The position numbers and the translations under genes were made by a program. The notes beneath the pieces are model-generated. The model searched no databases. It saw only the letters and a list, made by a program, of their open reading frames with translations, and was not told where the DNA came from. A DNA stretch of 64,000 nucleotides from NCBI GenBank assembly GCA_010909165.1, contig MU008200.1:433724-497723 (forward strand), written 5' to 3'. Below, in pieces: positions 36,701-49,090 of this stretch (its first letter is position 1; every line of letters starts with the position of its first letter). This stretch comes from Anthoceros angustus. Its lineage: Eukaryota > Plantae > Anthocerotophyta.

Positions 36701-38193
36701 CGCGCTTTGTGAGGCATATCTCTACGGCCGGTGGTGGCATGTCGCGGTGGAGGACGAGTACGATCGCGATCAAAACAAGACACGGACTCTCGTCGATCAC
36801 AGGCGGTAAGCCCATATCCTGCAAATGGGTCTTCAAACACAAATTAAATGCTGAGGGCAAGATTGCTCGATATAAGGCCCGTTTAGTGGCCCGAGGCTTC
36901 ACCCAGGTGGAGGGCCTGGATTATCAGGAGACATTCTCTCCTGTTGTCCGAGCTCAATCTATCCGTATGCTTCTGGCACTGGCTGCTGAATTCGACCTGG
37001 ACTTATGGCAGATGGACGTCTGCACAGCATATCTCTATGGCTCCTTGGACGAGGAACTCTACATGCAAGCGACGGAGGTTACGTTATGGCGGCACCCACA
37101 TCGGGTTTTGAAATTCTGCATATCTGGGCTTAAGCGATCTGGTAGGGTGCAGTATTTTACAATCCATGTTTACTGTCTGTCCTTTGTCCAGTGCCGATAC
37201 TAACGCTCTGAGTTGGCGAGGCTCTTCATTTATTGTCCTTGCATTGTATGTAGATGGCGTAATACGGTCACAAGCGGTCAACTTTTGTTGGCGAGGTCAA
37301 ACAAATGCTTAGCAACAAATTCGACATGAGGGACATAGGAGATCTAAAGTTCTGTCTGGGGATTCAAATCCTTCGAGTTCGCAAGGAGGGTTTTCTAATT
37401 ATCCATCAGCATAAATATATCCGTGAGATCCTGCACAAGTTCAAGATGAATCAGGCTCGTCCAGCAGTTACCCCATCAGCTGTAGGCATTAAGCTGAGAG
37501 TTGCGCAATGTCCTACCTCCACTGAAGCTAAAAAGGACATGGCAGAGGTGCCATATCGGCACGCTGTCGGTAGCCTCATTTTTGTGGCAAATTGGACCCA
37601 CCACATCGGTGTCGGTGAGCAGCATCGCTCGGTTTATGGAAACTCACAGTAGCGCCTCATTGGGTAGCAGAAAGCGTATCTTCCGGTACCTGCAGGGAAC
37701 CCACATGTATGGGTTATTCTACAAAGCGTTAGCAGGAACATTCCATCTCTGCTTCTGAATCTTGGGGGTTGAAGACGATGGTAGAAGCTTATCTACTTCT
37801 TTTTATGTGGCGCCTGCAGCATGTTGCGGAGTTGTAAGCAAACCTCTATTGCCCTTTCTTGTTGAGGCGAGTATAAATCGCTTCTGAGGCTTCAAAGGCG
37901 AGAATGGGTGTGATTTCGTGAGACCTTGGTCACCAGCCGGACCTACCCTCATCCTGTGTGACAACACCGGAGCACTTGAGCTTGTTGCTAAACCACGGTA
38001 TCACGCCAGAACGAAGCACATAGAGATCCAACACCACTATATCCGTGACGTGGCTGCAAGAGGAGTGGTCAAAGTTGATTATGTTGATACAGACCTCAAC
38101 ACCTCGGACATCTTTACCAAGCCTCTACCCAAGTTCAAGCACTACACTCATATGGCTGGCCTCGGATTGCAAGACTATCTTTGCTCATTTTGA
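33781..38193 (+). pseudogene. gag-pol: C4 gag-pol, frameshifted
   Basis: KEKDRFNGTKYPVWKVRMR; CNWCGIAGHWAREC (34735-34776); WYLDLGATAHI; LWHARLGHP; YLRTDNGTEF; QQNGVAERKNQ; YKARLVARGF; QMDVCTAYLYG; ILCDNTGA..TKHIEIQHHYIR. Confidence 0.95.
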
Positions 38194-38908
38194 CCACGGT
38201 TGAGAACTTATACGGATGGGGGGGAACCCAGTTCCCGATAAATTAGCTGCACTCTCCTTCCTCCAGACAATGGTTCTCTACACAAACAGTCCACAGTCAG
38301 TCATGTTCTTCCATACAGTCTTGCTGCTCTGCAGGTGGATGAAGCTTATCAGACCTGATTTAATCACGCTGCAGCAGCATCCACAGTACTTCCTTCAACT
38401 CCCTCAGGCACGAACTCCATGGGCAAGGGCACCTTGGCGGCCATCTTCAGTAGCTCGAAGGCATGTTCAACACTGGTATCTTCAGGTTTTTTGAGGACAT
38501 CCTCGGCGCGCCTGACCCTGGCTATGGCGACCTCTGCTGACCACTTGCCTTCCCATCCAAGCCAAACTGATCACCGCTCCACCACAGATGGCGTCATTTG
38601 GTGCTACCTATTCGCTTTTCTTCTCGCGGATTGGGTGCCTTCCTCATGTCTTTTCCCTTTGTTCTTTGGCCGTGTTGGTATCAATCCATACTTAGGCACG
38701 GCATCGCCATGTTCCAAAGGTGAATTACGGTGATTAGGCATTGCCAAGAAGCGCCCGCAAAACAAGGGTTTCCATTGATTTGGTCATCTCCGGAGCCTGG
38801 AGCTTGTCAGTGCTGGGCGGGATGACGCTTTCCAGCTTCCTCACGAATGGAGCAGTAGTCTTTGAAGGTTCTGCGGCTGTAAAGTTGGCCGATTAGGTTA
38901 AGAGGGAG

Positions 38909-39071
38909 TGTCGAAGGGGTAACCCTACACTAGTCAACCTAGGGTTATGTGGTCCATACAGTAAATGATACTTAAAAGACAATTTTGTTCATTACTCAAT
39001 TAATCAATACATTTGGTAGTTGTGTGCTTAAGGCTCTCCGGCTCTCGCCTTCTACTACTCCCAAAATCACA
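38909..39071 (+). repeat. 3' LTR of C4
   Basis: Directly follows the PPT; matches the 5' LTR. Confidence 0.96.
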
Positions 39072-39239
39072 CCTAAGTACCCTTTCTACCAGTCCAACAT
39101 TCTCTAGTAATTCCAGCTCCAAAAGAATCGAAAAAGTTACGGCATGTTTCCTCCCAATCGTTTCTAACAAAAAAAAATCAGACCTGTTCCACAACCGACT
39201 CATTTAGGCTAGTTGCCCAAACTTTTATGCTCCACATGA

Positions 39240-39322
39240 GGTCTGTGTGGCCTGAGGGGGGGTCTGCGTGGCCCAAGGTGAGGTCTGTGTGGCCTGAGGG
39301 GGAGGGTCTGTGTGGCCTGAGA
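39240..39322. repeat. 21-bp tandem repeat, 4 copies
   Basis: GGTCTGTGTGGCCTGAGG-type unit at 39240, 39261, 39282 and 39305. Confidence 0.85.
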
Positions 39323-39899
39323 GAGGGCGTTTAGTGAGAACATTTTGCGCGTGGTGGTGTCCAAGGGTCCTGGAAGAAAGTGGGTGAGGGAGTCGATGTG
39401 TGAAGAGGAGTCTAGAACGGTTTTGAGATAATAGGAAGTGGTGAGCACAAGGGCCTGGAAAATGTGGAACGACTGAGGAAGATTGGGAATAAATTGTGTG
39501 GTGGGGTCAGAGAAACACAGCGACGGAGTGAGGTGCCACGGTGTGCGTGGCCATGGTATGCATCTACCGGTGAGCTCTGGGTGTGAATCCACATGGGTGT
39601 GACCTAGTGTACATGTGAATCTGTGTGCGTAGGGCCATCACCCTTAGTGGGCATGGCAGAAGAGCCAAGGCGCCAAGCGTCTGTCGCCCGGCTCGGTGGG
39701 TCCCACCACCGTGGCTGAATCAGCCATGGCGTGTGAACCCACCTGGTGGGAAACCGGTGGTGGACTCGGACACGAGTTGATTACTGGTGGTAGGCCCGGT
39801 TGTAGGGCTAGAATCCATAGTTTTGGAACATCTTGACACAAAACCATTCCCTTGGGAACGAATCCTAGGACTATAACAACATAGAGGATAAATGTGGCC

Positions 39900-42491
39900 T
39901 CCTTGTGTCTCTAGACGCAAAATCTCACTCCACAGCAAGCCTGTCTTGTTTAAACCAAGAGTCGAGGGCAGCCAAGAGTCCAGTAGGCTTGCAAACAGAT
40001 CCATCAACTATGCCGAGCAGATCTCTTATATTGAGCAAAGAATGCATACGTTTGGACCATATCTCGAACTTAGTGCCGTCAAAATTGTCCTTCTCCTTGC
40101 ACTCTGACGTCACATTCATGTAATTGATGATTGAAGTGGGTGGCACGGTCGAAGTACCGTAAGTAGATATAATCAAGCCGATAGTAAAGTTGCCGACATT
40201 GAGTTATGACCCGGAGTTGAGAGAAACGTTTAGTAATAAAAACTTGATTTAGAATAATGAATGAATACAAACATTCAAGGTTCAGAAGACCAGTGAACCA
40301 AGCCTCTATCAGAAGGAGCATAAACAGAAGCAAGATGTTTAACTATATGAGTCGCAGAAGTCACGAATTCTGAAAGCTGATCCAGATGACCCCAAAAGGT
40401 GCCGACACTCAAGTTGGAAAAACTCCTCTGCTGTAGCGCCTAGTGAGTCATACAAGTAGCGCTGATAGGCTGCAGTGTCGAGCTGAGGGCGTGGGAATAT
40501 AGGTTCCTGCTTTATTGCTGAAAATTGTGGGGCCAAGATAGATGTCGGCGGTGACTTAAAAAGGTGTGCCGAGATCGGAAAAGAAGTGTCCAAACACTAG
40601 CTGGGCACTTGGGATCCCAAAGGGCAAGAACGGCGGGGCCATTTGAAACTCCAACTGAGTTTCAATCGGAGGAGAGGGGAGGGGTTGTGGGGGCGAAAAG
40701 AAACTCTTTAATTTGGTGGGGCAGCGCAATTCGAGTTTGACCGGTACATGACATGACGGCCGCACGTGCTCAGCGTCTTTAGCAAATCGCCAGATGCCCC
40801 TCCAAATCTAGCGCCTCCGATCTAACTGGATTCGACATAGAAATGAGGCGCGCTTGCTGCAGGAGGGGCGCCTAGCCCCAGCGATCCCGCTGGCAGAAGA
40901 TCGGAGCCGATGCCGGCTTGAAGTGAAACTATATTGCTCGAGAAAGTTGGAGTCCGATCTGTGGAAATCTCAAGCAAAATTGAGAATTTGGAAGGCGTGC
41001 CTACTAGTATCTTGGCGTATTGGCAGTGCACCTTTGATGATAGGCAATTGCTAGAGATTGGAGTGGTTGCCAGCCTAGGATTCGAAGCAGAATAGCCAAT
41101 CTGATGTGCAGGTTGTTCTGACAAACTTTCAGATGTGAAGAGCCGGAAATTCTCCAGATCTGGAAAGCAAGAAATTTTTGGTGTGGCCCGAGATCTTGAT
41201 GCCGCTTCTCTTGGAATCTCCTTTGTTGATAATTGATCATTTTTCCTGAATCGCGAGAGGAAGTTTGCAGCCACAGAAATTTCTGCTTGAAGTTGTGCAT
41301 AGGAAGTTGTTGGTTGTGATGGCTTGATCATAGTTGCAATAGATGCAAGAGGGGAACTCCCTACAACAAGCTTTTCCTGTTATAGCAGGTGTGCAGATTG
41401 AAGAAGATTGCCTTGCTGAGAGTTTTGCTGAGGAATTGCTGATGAAGGTGATGCTGTCCGTCCATCAGCATAATAGTGTTTCTTAGCAGAAGCCCAAGGA
41501 TGATGCTGACCTGATTGATCAAAATGTTGTGATGATGACTTGTGTAGAGAGGAACTCTGAACTAATGTAGTTGGAGAATAGTGAGGTGAGTTTATCCCCG
41601 TGTTGTCTGTATGATAGGAAGAGGACATTTGATTCTCGACACTCAATATATCTCCACAATAACGAAGTAGATCAAAGTCACCATTAGAGGACCATGGTCT
41701 TGTTGATCTGTGTTGGCTAGAAGTTCCTCTTATCGATGATGACATCAAGTCGTTTTCTAGAAAGAAACAAGATAGCACATAGGCTATCTTACTCCCTAGA
41801 GTTTTGACAAGAGAAGAATTCAGTCTATAACGATTGTAAGATCGTCGAGAATGCGCACTTCTTCTATCTCCTTTCTAGTTCTCCGCTTCTCTTAGCATGA
41901 ATACTCTTGTGGTTGTTTCTTCTTGCCATGTTGTAACTTTGAGTGAAATAGTAAAGAAACAAAGTTTTGAGCAAGAGAGAATAATAAGAGTGCTAGAAGT
42001 GATGGAAGGACAAGATGGAGAATGAGAGTGGCAATGATCCATGAAACTTTAAGGAATATAAAAATTAATCATAGAAAAGCCAAACTATTTTATGAGGAAA
42101 ACATGTTTGGTTGAATATAAATGAAACTAAGCATAAGTATAAAGTAGTTTCATAAAACAAATACCAAACGTGTTAGTAAGATGTTAAATTATTTTATGAG
42201 GAAAACATGTTTGGTTGAATATAAATGAAACTAAGAATAAGTATAAAGTAGTTTCATAAAACAAATACCAAACGTGTTAGTAAGATGTTACATAATATAA
42301 GAAGAACATCTAGATTCACATCATAATGCATGGTGGACTTAGGAATAGAGGGAAAGCTCTGATACAAGTTTGAGGTGCTTTGCGGAAGCGAGGTTTTGAT
42401 CAAAGTTTAGTGCTTTACTAGTTGATAACAATTGATTACAAGAGGTGCGCTTTTATAGCCAGTGTCTTAAGAGTTGTACCTCTTCGATACA
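39900..42491 (-). mobile_element. Truncated Copia C3: LTR, PBS, 2.1-kb leader with a decayed ORF, start of gag
   Basis: PBS-like TTGTATCAGAGC (42356-42367); putative LTR about 42370-42491 with CTATAAAA; KEKDNFDGTKFEIWSKRMHSLLNIRDLLGIVDG in ORF 39925-40176. Confidence 0.7.
42086..42290. repeat. 104-bp tandem duplication, nearly identical copies
   Basis: TATTTTATGAGGAAAACATG starts at 42086 and 42190; 1 substitution within the 101-bp core. Confidence 0.95.
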
Positions 42492-42687
42492 AGATACCAG
42501 TGGGTATGACCATGCTGGGTTAAGTTACAATATTAGAACACAAAATAGAATCTAATAATCCTTTGCTTGATGTGGAGGGATGGTTTTCCATTGTGCACAT
42601 TGATAAGGTGTCTTTCGAGAAGGGATATTATGAGATGTGCACACTCAGACACACTACCCTGACATTACAAGCAATGAATTGACAATA

Positions 42688-42848
42688 GCTTTGATACCAT
42701 GTGAATATTACTGAAGACATGTAAGGGAACAATGAATCAATTAAACAAAATTGTTGTCTTAAATACAAGAGTAATTGGTGTAAATCTAAATTAGACATAT
42801 AACAAAGTAGGTTAAACATATGTTATATAAATAACCTCTAATAAGACA
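42688..42848 (-). mobile_element. Copia-type remnant C7: PBS plus short LTR
   Basis: TGGTATCAAAGC (42688-42699) abutting a TG...CA segment 42700-42848. Confidence 0.5.
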
Positions 42849-44038
42849 TTGATCCAATTTGGATCGATGAGTCGCAGTCGACTCTCCTTCGTGTGGTCTT
42901 GGTTTTTACTTGTTGGGGCGTTTTACAGGGGGCGTTGGCCTAGACTTGGATTAATCCATTGGTGAATGTCTAATGCCTTAATTTTGTGACTACCAACCAT
43001 ATGCTCTTTGGTGAAGCTTTTGAGTTAGGTTTGTGGAAGGACGTTCCACCAAATACTTTGATTGCTTTAGTTTCTTCTCCTGTCCAGCATCCCGTTTACG
43101 TTGGATGAAGACTTCAAGCCCGTTTTTTTCTGACCCTTACAAATTCTCGGAGTTTCTTAAGGTTATGTCTCCCTAGTTTCCGTTCCGTACTATTTGTAGG
43201 GCACTTTCGACTTTCACTAAAAGAGTAGTTGTCATTTTGCTCTAGGGCACTATCTGCTGGCCAGTTGAGGCAGACGTTCCCGGTTTTTTTTCTCTTAATA
43301 TATGTCTCGCTCTTTACTCTAAGAAAACAAATACACAAATGTGAATAGAAAATTATCCAAAAATGAGGCTGGCCTTGGCAGAACGTGAGCCACGACGAGC
43401 AGACGGAGGCTGTCCGGTCCTGGGCCCGTTTGAGTCGGCTTCAGCGTAAGCCTCAGCCGAGTCGCATGCAGGTATGCCGAGAGCATTCGCATTGCGGCCT
43501 CCGTCCATGCTTCACGTCCCGTCTGGCCGCCGCCGTCCTGCCGTGCTGTTGAACCCATTCCTTCCCTGCCGTCCTGGGGGCGGCCTGCTTTGCCGAACCA
43601 GCTGCAGTTCTTTGCATCAAAGTAATGCTCAAATTTCTGCACCTGCAATTGGTGGTCGTACCCGGGTATGTATGTTCGAAAGTCCGTTGGCTCTTGTGAA
43701 ATCGTGAAATGTATGCTCATTCTCACCCGGGCATGCTCATTATTTCTGGCAAGTTGTGAAGCTGGGATGGAGGTTGTTGTTTTCAGCTCCTGCTGTGCGT
43801 TGCCTCAGCCTTTCTTCACTAAGAGGGTAGGTAGTGTCCATCAGGCTAGCACTTGGACGTGCGCTGCCGGGGGAACATTAGGGTCTATGGTGATGGTACG
43901 ACTGGCCAGGTATTTGGACGCGCCCTGAGGTTGTCCCGGTCATGTGCGTTGGGTCGGCGGTTGCGAGGTCCAGTCTTGTGCCACCAAGTTGTGGGTGTGA
44001 TCTCAAACGAAGTTGCACTGGATGAATTCAAGAGAGAA

Positions 44039-47000
44039 ATGTGGCTACTTCTTGTAGCTGCAGGCTCAGGCTATCTCGCAAGATGTTGGCAGAATGCTCT
44101 GAAGACCAGGCCGGCCCTCACGGACTGCGCGCAGATCAGCTCCCGTCCTGGAAGTCCCACCAATTCTGCCGCCACATCCGGATTTGGTAGTCCTCCTAAC
44201 ACCTGGGAAAAAGGGTCCGGAACCAGCAAGGAAGATCCTCAGACTGGGAGGAAGGCCCATGAACTTCGACGACAACTCTCTTCCGGAGGGAAGCCCTTCC
44301 ATGTAAAGGGTCTTGGAAGGAAACTGCTCTACGATTCATGCGGCCAGGGCTCGTCAAGATTCTCAAGATCTGACGACGGCTTGGATGGGACTGACGAAAG
44401 AAAAAGGTTGATTGACAAGGCTGGCTCTTTTTCTGACGACGATGACACAGGGAAGAGGAAAAGTGGGGCCTGTTGCGGCTTGGGTGGTAGTAAGAGATCC
44501 GACGTTTCAGAGTCATTAGTGGCGGGTCTGACCACAGTCGGAGGTCGCAGTTGTCACGAGTTGACTCTGCACAACCCTGATGTGGATGAAAATGAAAAGG
44601 GTCCTTCGTTTTTCTCCACACCATGCCCTGACGCCCCTTGCGGTCAAGAGGAGAATACCTTTGAAATAAGCTTGTTGAAGGATGAAATACCCAGCGTTCC
44701 AAGCATGGTTTGTGTGAATGGGCCATCTTTATCAGTTTCAACTGACGACCTCCGGAAAGGCTTCTCTGTCTCTGAGAAGGCTATCCATAGAAGATCTACC
44801 ACTACTGATTCGCTCTTTGGGTTTGCTCCTCCTCCTAATGATGCACCCAGCACCTGTGCAGATGCTATAGGCACCGAGCATTGCTGGGAGCTAGAGGAGC
44901 TTGATAGTCCCTCAGCAGCTAGTGGTAGATCTGATGTCTGCATCAACAGCAGATGGACGCCTGTACCTCGTGAGAGTGGCAAGCTTGCCGAGGGGGAACC
45001 TGGAGGGGAACTGCAAGTTCTTGACACTCACTCCAAGGTATTGTCTCATGCAGCAGGCTCTGGAGTTGGCAGGCCGAGCAGTCCAGGACCTCGGGGGATG
45101 AATGCTTCATGTTTTGATCGAGCCATCTCCTGCGAAAATGTGCAATGTGCCCAGGCAGAGCTTGATGTTTGTTACCAATATCAGGAACAAGGTTACGTGG
45201 CCACCACAACAGGAGTTGTTGACTGTCTCGCCACACCTGAGACGGCCTGTCTGCAGCCACGTGACACAGATCCTGGCCCCAATTTCGAGCCTCCAGGGAA
45301 GGTGTTGCTCTCATTCTTTAGTGGAAAAAGGGTCAACGACTTCGCTAGTGGTGCCTTTAAGGATGGGAATGAAGATCCTGGTTTGTCATCAGGAAAGAGG
45401 AAAAAAGACTCATTTGGCACAAGGCAAGAGGACGGGGCTGTCCACGAGCCACTTGCAAGCAACTTAAGTTCTGGATTGCTGGATCCATCTTTGGGCTGTT
45501 TGGGGTTCGATGCTACCTGGTTCGAGATGCAACCAGATGGGGACGAAAAGTCCAGAAACGGATGGACGCCTCGAAAAATTAAGACACCCAGCAGGTGTAG
45601 TCGAGGAAAGGCTTGCATTCGGAAGGCACGTTGGCTGAAGGGATCACCTAAAGTAATATCCTCTCTGGAGAGTTGCCTGAGAGCTCAGCTTGTCCATGAT
45701 ATTTCAAAAGACAGTGATCATCATGCTTCTCGCGCCCTTTACTTTCAAGCAGCATCTGAAGGAGGAACACTACCTGGAATGAGCAACAATAGCTCTGACA
45801 TGGTACAGGTGTCTGAGCAAGCACGAGAGGAACCCACAGTTCCACGAAAAATGTATGGAAGAAGTCACAACTCAGGAGCAAGTGTAGCTGTTGGACTTCC
45901 TTCTCTTGAGAACCATGTACAGATGGGAACTGGCAAGCGGAGTTCACCCAGAGGCAAAAGTAGCAGTGCACAGGTTGCATGCACAATGTTAGATGTTTCA
46001 TCAAGGAGGTACCCCCTGTCGATTATGGTGAAGAAGCGAAAGACATCAGAAAAAGGCCATACCCTCTCAACCTCTCCTCAGTTTGAGAGAGAAGGTAGCC
46101 CTTTTACTAAAGGTATAATCAAAGTATGATCTCTTTGGCTCAAGTACAGGTGCGAGGGGTCATGGAATTTAGTGAAGGAGTACTGACGCGAAAGTATCTT
46201 GTTATTGAATGTTGCGATAAGTGTTTACCGGACAACGATAGGCTAGTTTCAGCGTAATTGCTTTGAAGTCCGGTCACTGTTCTAGTTCACCAGGTCTCTT
46301 TTGATACCTTACTTGAGTGTGATCTTCTGTTTAACAGATATGGTTCTTCAACCCATTGATGGGCTGCTCTTCAGCTTTGGAGTAGGCGTTGGAGTGATGT
46401 CGATGGTGAATACAAGCAGAGAAGAAGTAGAGAAAATCTCAATGTTGTTGAGACAATCCCAAGAACATGTCGAGCTCCTGAAGCAAGAGTTAAGGAAAGT
46501 TCCTCACATCCAAACCGGTCTGTCGGTGAAGGCTATATCCAGTGGCAATCTCTCTCCCAAGGTGAAGGGTGATCTTCTGCAGCTGAGAAGAGCTGAACAT
46601 GGGGAGACAAATAAGTTATTGACCACCTCCAATGATTTAGCTCTGGAGGAAGCTAACAGGTCTGGGGGAATGTTTGAAGTACAGCAGAATGGAGATCACA
46701 TGGCAGAATTGGAAGCCGAACTTGAAGCAGAGCTGCAGCTTATGGAGTTGAACTTGACTGGGGATAGTTCTTCATGTCATAGAAGGCAGTTTTCGGGTCT
46801 GAGCGACGTAAGTGTCGATTTCAGTTATATTTCACGACATCTCTTGTCTAGGATACTCAGTTGGTGACACTTGTCTGAACTAACATGTTGTGCACTTGAT
46901 TATGCAACAGTTAGATCTAGATGGTATTGCCGATGTCGTAGAAGGCGAGCTGAAAGTAAAAGGACTGCCCAGGCCAGCAGACCCAGACGATGATCAGATC

Positions 47001-49090
47001 GCGACAACACATGATGAGGAGGTGCATCCAAACAACTGGGCTGTGTCCCCAAGGGACTTGGATAGGCGTCTCCGGAAGCTTCTTATCACAAGGCAAGAAG
47101 AAAATATTGCAGAGTTGGAGGCAGAGCTAGAGGTAGCTGAGAGTAAGCTCAGCAGCAAAGAGAAAGAGCTCCAATGGTGGAAGGATCGATTCCAGAAGGT
47201 GACACAGCTCACGGGTCTATCCAGCAAGCCAGGCATGCTACCTTCGTCCTCCCCAGACATTTGTGACTGCTTGTAACTTGAGATGCATAAACATCACCAC
47301 TCCTGGCCTAATATTGGCCCATTCTCTGTGCTGTTTTCTTTTCTGACCTGGTTTGCATGATGTTTCTGGTCCTTTATCTGTCACTTCACTTATGCTGCTT
47401 GCCCTGTGATTCAACAGGAGAAGGTTCTATAAATGCGATACCGTATGGTGACGAAACTGGTGAAGAGAAAGCTGGACAACAGTTTACTCCTGTTGGTGAC
47501 CGCGATTTGCAAGTCGTAGGCAAAACTACAGGAGGATCACCTGAAGGTCCGGAAAGTGCCTGTTTCGCAGTTGATGTTCTCTGGGAAACATTTCATCTCG
47601 TTGATTTTTACAGTTCTTTTGTTCAATGTACCACAGGTATGCCCGTCCAGCACCCTTTGACAGATACAAAGAGAAAAAGCTCTGTGGCAAGCAGGGCTAT
47701 TGAAAAAGTCACTTTTGATGAGCATGCAGGATTCGATGCGATTCTTTTCTCTGAAGCCCTCGCATCTGAAACAGCCAATGATGATGTCTGTGATGAGTTC
47801 CTGAAGGCAGTCATAGAGAGGGAAACAGGTGCTGCCACTGGGGATGTCAAATACGAGTTGGCAAATATACTATCGCCAATTCCTAACAGATCTCAGGAGG
47901 AAAGCCCGTTTGGGAAGACCAAGCATGGTCAGGCTGGGATGGACACTGGCTGTGGCACTTTTTCCAGTGGCAACAACAATTCCCTAACCCGTATCCAGTA
48001 CCCTAAAGAGCACAGCGTTTTGGAGAATGTGCAGTTGGTGCAAGCTAGTTCTTCACCCACTCTTCTTATCAGCTCTCCTACAAGTAAGAAGCAATGGACG
48101 ACGAGGGTAGATGAGGTGTGGGGACCTATGAGGTTGTATGCTACGAGATTTGGGAGCAACAAAGACGAGCTCCAGGCAACTGCGCCGAGTCAGGACAATG
48201 AAAAGGAACCTGGAAGGCTACGTCCCATTATTGTGAACACTGACGTGTATGGTGGGTCAATGCGTCATGTCCATCCGGATCTGTCATCACCCTCGCTAGA
48301 GCCAGTCGGGAATACTGCTGTTTTTGGCCCTACTTCAAAGATAGTGGATATCGACCATGTGGAGAGCATCACGGCATGCATTACAGAAGCCAGTGAACGG
48401 ACTCGAGTAAGTCGTGCCGGTGCAAATACTCCAGTAGATAATCTCATCTTGCAGCAGGTAGCGAGCACGTCAAAAGAGGCCTTTTCAGTGCCCACAGACG
48501 GGCAGGAGTCACGTGGTGCCTCATCAGTTGTAGATAAGGTGCATTGGGAAGGCATGGTAAGGCGTGATTCTCCTGTGGCACTTGGAAGGCTGTCAGACGG
48601 GGATGCTCAGTCGTGGACCTCAGAATCTGAGCAGGTGTACCCGCTTGTCGGAGAGGATTTGTTTTTGGGAGCAGAAGCAACACTAGGTGAGATTCTTATC
48701 AAACGAATTGTTGAGAAAACTAGAAGGGGTTCTCACATTGTGAAAGTGGCTGAAACGGCACTCACCACAGGAGATGATAATGGTGAAGGTCTCCCAAGCC
48801 AAAATGCTCTCACATCGCAAGTTGCGCAGGTTTTGGTCCGTGACGACTACCTTCCTATAATTTCATCAGCTGCTTACTACGCTCCTCCTGGTGCCAAGGT
48901 CGAAGAGGATCGAAATACAGATATCAGTTCCAGTGATGATTTTGCAAGGTTCTTCAATGCTTCTGTACAAACACGGGTTAGACAAGATCTGGAGAGAACT
49001 GGCCATGAGGATGCGGGTGAGTCATGTACAATATCGAAAGAACCTGCAGAAAGTGGGGGAAGATATCACCAGGGAAGACTCGTTCCTTAA
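44039..49090 (+). CDS. POLAR-like: POLAR-like family coiled-coil protein, 5 coding exons: 44039-46112, 46338-46807, 46911-47232, 47418-47546, 47637-49090 (4449 nt, about 1482 aa)
   Basis: Family motifs recognised: N-terminal MWLLLVAAGSGYLARCWQN; LLFSFGVGVGVMS..EKISMLL..VELLKQEL; MAELEAELEAELQLMELNL; VSPRDLDRRLRKLLITRQEENIAELEAEL..KEKELQWWKD; LIKRIVEKTRRGSHIV. Splice phases match (1,0,1,1) and there are no frameshifts. The last two introns are less certain. Confidence 0.8.

Larger units (their letters stand above)
32605..39071 (+). mobile_element. Full-length Ty1/Copia element C4 (6467 bp) inserted in G1c
   Basis: 162/163-bp LTRs, PBS TGGTATCAGAGC (32767-32778), PPT AAGAGGGAG (38900-38908), TSD CCCAA/CCTAA, complete gag-PR-INT-RT-RH order. 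Confidence 0.96.

Noticed and set aside
43853-44038. N-terminal extension of the POLAR-like ORF from TTG 43853
   Set aside because: Non-ATG start; the family N-terminal motif begins at ATG 44039. An upstream spliced exon (donor near 43667) cannot be excluded.
46301-49090. Three separate genes (ORFs 46301, 46890, 47357)
   Set aside because: Phase-compatible splice sites and colinear family motifs join them into one gene.
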